This document shows, one piece after another, positions 59,851 through 64,000 of a stretch of 64,000 bases of DNA (positions are counted from its first letter, which is position 1; each line of letters opens with the position of its first letter). Made by a program: the position numbers and the translations under genes. The notes beneath the pieces are model-generated. The model had not been told where the DNA came from, made no database searches, and saw only the letters and a program-made list of their open reading frames with translations. The DNA lies in IMG/VR virus record IMGVR_UViG_2756170199_000003, positions 32,001 to 96,000 of that record. The stretch is one strand, 5' to 3'. This stretch comes from a virus. Taxonomy: Duplodnaviria > Caudoviricetes.

Positions 59851-60555
59851 CTATGCGCGCCGGCGCGCGACCCAGTCCTTTGCAAATGCCTCAAGCGAGG
59901 GAAACACCCTCGATCCGTAGGCATGCACCAGTGCCTCGAGCGCCTGTGCGAGTTCGACCACGCGCGGCTCGGGATTGCTGCTGTCGCTGCCGTTGACTGA
60001 GGGTTGGGTGGCATCCATGACGACCACGTAGTTATCCGGGCCACTACCATGCTGACCGAGTTCGGCCAGATCCTGACTCACTTCGACAATGTGCTCGGGC
60101 TTGACGTCGGTCGCCGAAACGCCATAGACGGTAGTCGCACCAGCGCCTGGCGTCGTGTCGGCGCTGGCGAGTTCCACGTTGTTGATGAGTTGGGCAAGCG
60201 CGAGGGCGTCATTAGCCTGCGATTCGAGCGCCTGCGATTCGAGCGCCTGCGACTGGCCGCCCGGTCGACCGCCGGAATCGAGCAGGGCTTTTGACGTTTC
60301 CGGTGCGCCATCCTGCGCGCTGCCATGCCCATCCCGGCTGCCCGCGGCAGCGTCAGACTCCGTGGCACCCGGTGAGGCGACCGCAGTTGCCTCATCCGTG
60401 GCTTCGCCCGTCGAAGACTCGGGACGCGCATAGACCTCGTTGAGCGCCTGCGAAAAGACTTCCGAGAGCGGCCCCTTGATCTCAATGAGTTCCTTGCTGT
60501 CATCCCCGGCAGAGTCCAGTTGCCCTTCGAGCGCTGCCCTGAGCAATGAAGCCAT
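59851..60555 (-). CDS. Putative head/ejection protein with multiple A/S-x-E protease motifs
   Basis: GGAGG RBS; AALE, QALESQALESQ, QALE, SLE; KGPLSEVFSQALNEVYA. Confidence 0.65.
   Translation of the reverse strand: MASLLRAALEGQLDSAGDDSKELIEIKGPLSEVFSQALNEVYARPESSTGEATDEATAVASPGATESDAAAGSRDGHGSAQDGAPETSKALLDSGGRPGGQSQALESQALESQANDALALAQLINNVELASADTTPGAGATTVYGVSATDVKPEHIVEVSQDLAELGQHGSGPDNYVVVMDATQPSVNGSDSSNPEPRVVELAQALEALVHAYGSRVFPSLEAFAKDWVARRRA
60215..60252. repeat. 15-bp tandem repeat (2.5 copies) encoding SQALE
   Basis: GCCTGCGATTCGAGC twice plus GCCTGCGA. Confidence 0.85.
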
Positions 60556-60639
60556 GCTGCCTCCGTGTGTTTTGCCGTCATGGCGTACACAGGATTGGCG
60601 CCGGGACGCCGCGCGCTGTCGTCTTTGCGCATTGCGTTT

Positions 60640-60780
60640 CCGCGCGCACACGCACGCGTATAAAGCGTATATATCGAGTATTTCTATAAAGAGAAGAGAT
60701 ATGAAATATCTCTTCTCTACGCTGTATACGCTCCTTATGTATACGATAAAGCGATTGCGCGGGCGCGCGTGCGGGCGCGC
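60640..60780. other. AT-rich nested palindromic non-coding element (origin-like or structural)
   Basis: Central AGAGAAGAGATAT-GAA-ATATCTCTTCTCT (60690-60718), flanked by GCGTATA twice on the left, TATACG(C) twice on the right, and GC-rich outer arms. Confidence 0.6.
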
Positions 60781-61068
60781 TGATATCCAGCATTGGTAAT
60801 TTTTTACCAGAAAGAAAACGACGAAAATTCCCCGATCCGCTTATCGCCCCTGAAACGGGGCTAAGCCGATAGCGAGAATACTGCCAGAATCAACGACAAC
60901 GGGCCCACAAGCGGCTCTCGCGGCCTACGCAATACCGATACAGCCACGACTCCTCCCAGCGGCACACAGGGCGTCCCCTGATCATGGCGGCAAGCGGGCA
61001 AGGTCGAGGGGAAAATACCCGCGCCGGCACTCCTGTGCGCATGCCCGTACCCAACTCAACCTGCGCCC

Positions 61069-61872
61069 CTAGCGCGGTCCACCGATCTGCATGCGCAGCG
61101 CCCTCAACCATCGCTCGCCGTCGTTCATGATCGCGATCTTCGCCCACTTCTCCTTCAGGTAATCCTCGTAGTTCTGTTCCGCATCGGCGTAGCTGTCGAT
61201 GATCTCCTTGATCTTGCCCAGATTCTGGCCCCCCCTCAGTTCACCGATGTCGAGCTGCACCGTGTAGGTGTTGTAGATGTAGGACTTGACCGCGTACTCG
61301 ACGAGCTTGCAGAACGCGTGATAGCTGCGCAGCTGGATGTTGTTCAGGTTCTCGTCGTTGGCCACGATGCAGCGCAGGTATGAGTTCGAGGGCACCGTCA
61401 GCACGTCGCGCACGAGCACGACGTTTTCGCCAATGAGTTCGATTCGCGCGGTTGAGGTGATCGGCACCATGCCCATCGCATCCACCACGGCATTGCCGAC
61501 CTGCAGCATCGTGTTGGCCTGGTTAAGCGCCGCGATGCCCACCGACGAAATACGCGTTGGATCGGCGAACGACACATTCAGCACCGTCAGAATGCTCCGA
61601 CCATTGGTTCGTTTCTTCGGAATGCGAAACACGGTGTCAAAGGGCGTCTCCCCGCGCTGGCCACACCCGTCGAGCAGGATCCAGACCTCCGTACCGCCCA
61701 GCAGGTTGCAGTCGATCAGCACACGCGGGCGAACCACCAGACTGATGATCTGGTCTTCGATACCTGCGGTCGTGTCCCGCCAGTATTCCTCCCGCCTGAA
61801 AAACACCACGTGCAGCACCTCTGGTGGAATCCGGTAACGCACGTCGAACACACTTTTTGCGATGGCGTTCAT
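61069..61872 (-). CDS. Conserved phiKZ-like virion structural protein
   Basis: MNAI......Y.IP.EVL, V.RPRVL.DCNL.GG, AVKSYIYN, G..LG..KEIIDSYADAE..Y. Confidence 0.7.
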   Translation of the reverse strand: MNAIAKSVFDVRYRIPPEVLHVVFFRREEYWRDTTAGIEDQIISLVVRPRVLIDCNLLGGTEVWILLDGCGQRGETPFDTVFRIPKKRTNGRSILTVLNVSFADPTRISSVGIAALNQANTMLQVGNAVVDAMGMVPITSTARIELIGENVVLVRDVLTVPSNSYLRCIVANDENLNNIQLRSYHAFCKLVEYAVKSYIYNTYTVQLDIGELRGGQNLGKIKEIIDSYADAEQNYEDYLKEKWAKIAIMNDGERWLRALRMQIGGPR

Positions 61873-61947
61873 AAAGGGGCCTCTTTGCCCCTGCCGCGTC
61901 CTGTGCGGATGGGCAGCGGCCCGAATCAACTTAAAGAAAAGACGGCG

Positions 61948-61956
61948 ATATATCAC
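61948..61956 (+). promoter_or_regulatory. Candidate early promoter motif ATATATCAC
   Basis: Identical to the 37530 motif; A-rich upstream; about 53 nt before the 62009 start. Confidence 0.45.
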
Positions 61957-62008
61957 CGATGCGGAGTCGATCAGATCTCCACAACATTTCTTTACGGAGG
62001 ACCACGAC

Positions 62009-62350
62009 ATGAACCATGCGATTCAGGAAATGTTTTCCAGTTGTGTGAAGTATTTCGACGCGCTCAGCTATCTGGCCGAACGCAATGCCTCGGTGAGTTT
62101 TGCACGGGTCAATCTGGGCGAGTACTCGGTCGTCCACCTGCGCTGCGGAAACGCCACCGTGATTTCGAGCGAGATCATTCGCGTCTTCGACCGGGAGGGT
62201 AACCCGGTGGATAAGGTCACGCTGCCCTACACGCAGCAACGTGCCTGGTACAAGCGACTCGTCGTCGAGGAAGGCTTTCCCGCTGCGAACCTGATTGAAC
62301 TTCTCGATGAACGCAGTCGCGATTATTTCTGGCGGGAGCGGCTGCAGTAG
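62009..62350 (+). CDS. Hypothetical protein
   Basis: GGAGG RBS, start MNHAIQ. Confidence 0.65.
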   Translation: MNHAIQEMFSSCVKYFDALSYLAERNASVSFARVNLGEYSVVHLRCGNATVISSEIIRVFDREGNPVDKVTLPYTQQRAWYKRLVVEEGFPAANLIELLDERSRDYFWRERLQ

Positions 62351-62467
62351 GTCAGGGAGTCGTCACACACAACAGCTACGGGATCATGGATGCTGGTTGG
62401 GCAGCATCCATGATCCCGTAGCTATTTTTCTTCGCAATCCGAACTCATACACAAGGACCAATACGCT

Positions 62468-62824
62468 ATGTTTGCCAAGATGCTGATGGGCGCTGCCAAG
62501 GAAAACCGCCACGTTGGAGTTCCCCGTTCCATAGTCGAGGGTGAACACATCGAATTCTCGTACGACCTTCATGGACGGCCTTTCATGAAGGTCTGGCGTT
62601 TCGGGAGCTGCGAGGAGCTCCCCGTGTTCGGCGACGTCTACCTCATGTCCGGAACCGGCGAGACCATCGATCGTTTCAGCCCGCCGCTGAATTTTGTTGG
62701 TCGCGGCGCCGACGGCTGGAAAGACCGCCCCGGCGATTCAAAATCGCCTCCCGACCACACACCGCCGCCGGCGAACCTCCCATCCGTTCCACGGTTGCTT
62801 ACAGGACTAACCCGTCATGTGTGA
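62468..62824 (+). CDS. Hypothetical protein
   Basis: AAGGA RBS; VYLMSGTGETIDRF motif; overlaps the next gene. Confidence 0.6.
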   Translation: MFAKMLMGAAKENRHVGVPRSIVEGEHIEFSYDLHGRPFMKVWRFGSCEELPVFGDVYLMSGTGETIDRFSPPLNFVGRGADGWKDRPGDSKSPPDHTPPPANLPSVPRLLTGLTRHV

Positions 62825-63311
62825 CTACCCGCGCAAGATCATCGTGCTGCGGCACGCCGAACCTACCATCGAGCCATGGAGCCAGCGTCTGTCATCGATC
62901 GGCCGCGAGCGTGCCGCATCGCTCGCCACGTATATTCCCCGAAATTTTGGCAAGCCAGACGTTATCTTCGCACTCGCCCCTACAACCGGCCTGCACCCGC
63001 TGCTCACGGTCCTACCATTGTGGCAGGACCTTGATGACGTTCCGCTGGACGTCTCCTGCGACAGCGACGAGATCCGTGTGCTGGCGCGCTATATCGTCAG
63101 GCAGGGCGAGCCGATTCCCGGCAGCCGCTTCGCCGGTCGCAATGTACTGATCTGCTGGGATCCGAAGGGGCTGCCGGCGCTCATGATGGCGCTCGGTGCA
63201 TCGACACAAACTTTCCGCGATCCGTGGCCTGAGAGCGATTTCAACAGCATTTACGTCCTCACTCGCGACAACGAGCGCGTGATCAACACGCGTTACGAAA
63301 TGATATTCTGA
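62817..63311 (+). CDS. Histidine phosphatase (SixA/PGM)-like protein, possibly degenerate
   Basis: IIVLRHAE, LS..G.ERA..L, PDVIF, VLICW; the second catalytic His appears replaced (CWD). Confidence 0.65.
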   Translation: MCDYPRKIIVLRHAEPTIEPWSQRLSSIGRERAASLATYIPRNFGKPDVIFALAPTTGLHPLLTVLPLWQDLDDVPLDVSCDSDEIRVLARYIVRQGEPIPGSRFAGRNVLICWDPKGLPALMMALGASTQTFRDPWPESDFNSIYVLTRDNERVINTRYEMIF

Positions 63312-63378
63312 GAAGTCCGTTCCTGCGAGTGGTGTCAACCACGGAAACGGTATAACCCTGTTTCGGATGGAGTAAATA

Positions 63379-63678
63379 ATGACAGACAACGAAGAATTTT
63401 ACGATGCGGAGATAGGGCCTGCCATTCTCGAGATCATGAACAAGTGCAAGGCGCGGGGAATGTCTTTTGTCGCTCTTGTCGAATACGCTCCCGGCAAGCG
63501 AGAACGCTCGACTTTTCTACCGTCCGATGCGGGAATCGAGATGATTATGGCTGAGCTGTGCGCGAGAAACGGGCCGTATCTCGACGCCTACGTTGCGGAC
63601 GTCAATGCCTATGCGAAGAAGAACCATATTGACACGACTGACAGCTTCATTCTGCAGCGCATGCGTGGCCTCACCTAG
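63379..63678 (+). CDS. Small hypothetical protein
   Basis: GGAG RBS; E.FYD.EI.P....I...CK..GM.FVA.VEY. Confidence 0.65.
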   Translation: MTDNEEFYDAEIGPAILEIMNKCKARGMSFVALVEYAPGKRERSTFLPSDAGIEMIMAELCARNGPYLDAYVADVNAYAKKNHIDTTDSFILQRMRGLT

Positions 63679-63846
63679 CAGTGGGGTAGCGATGATACTC
63701 GCAGTTGCGGCGAGATAGCATGTTTTCTACGATACCGGCGTTGCCTCTCGTCGCCCGTTACCTGCTTAAGTTCCGCCTCCAGCACGTGATCGTGCCGCCG
63801 TAGGGCGGCACGCCATTCCGACCTTCTTTTGTTCGAGGACCGCTCA

Positions 63847-64000
63847 ATGTTTAGGCAGGCCACGCTCATTCAGGACGTGACCCTCTACCGCGCGAGTCTG
63901 GCGCCCACGCTCACCGGACTCGTGATCCAGTATGCCCAGGCGGGCTGCGTCGAAGAGGAGGCTCTGGAATGGATCGTCGCCCATCAGATCGAAGAGTGCT
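63847..64000 (+). CDS. Partial ORF running off the window end (MFRQATLIQD...)
   Basis: GAGGA RBS; reading frame open to the window end (translated by hand). Confidence 0.45.
   Translation, partial: MFRQATLIQDVTLYRASLAPTLTGLVIQYAQAGCVEEEALEWIVAHQIEEC

Noticed and set aside
1-64000. CRISPR array, IS/transposase, integrase, chimallin or major capsid gene
   Set aside because: No repeat-spacer array or recognisable motifs for these were found by eye; they may lie outside the window.

Overview
This window reads as part of a phiKZ-like (Chimalliviridae-type) jumbo-phage genome. Recognisable core genes include three split virion RNA polymerase subunits (beta C-terminal part, beta' part with DFDGD, beta N/middle part), a UvsX/RecA-like ATPase, RNase H, a 2248-aa tail protein with a lytic transglycosylase domain, an S80 prohead protease, tail tube, tail sheath, a three-gene structural block and the large terminase. 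The DNA is visibly GC-rich, unlike phiKZ itself. The phage blocks are interrupted by Burkholderiales-like bacterial cargo: an orphan T6SS vgrG-nuclease effector-immunity cassette directly after terL, an NlpC/P60 hydrolase, an OmpA-domain protein, two host-like tRNAs, an XRE regulator and a histidine-phosphatase-like gene. All large core ORFs appear intact. Candidate phage late (A/T-rich + TATG) and early (ATATATCAC) promoter motifs are visible, as is an AT-rich nested palindrome at about 60.64-60.78 kb. The main hypothesis is a temperate, plasmid-like or host-resident phiKZ-like jumbo phage carrying interbacterial-competition cargo. No integrase, partition genes, chimallin or major capsid gene was recognised here, so lifestyle cannot be settled from this window. 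phiKZ gp numbers come from remembered motifs and gene order, not from searches.
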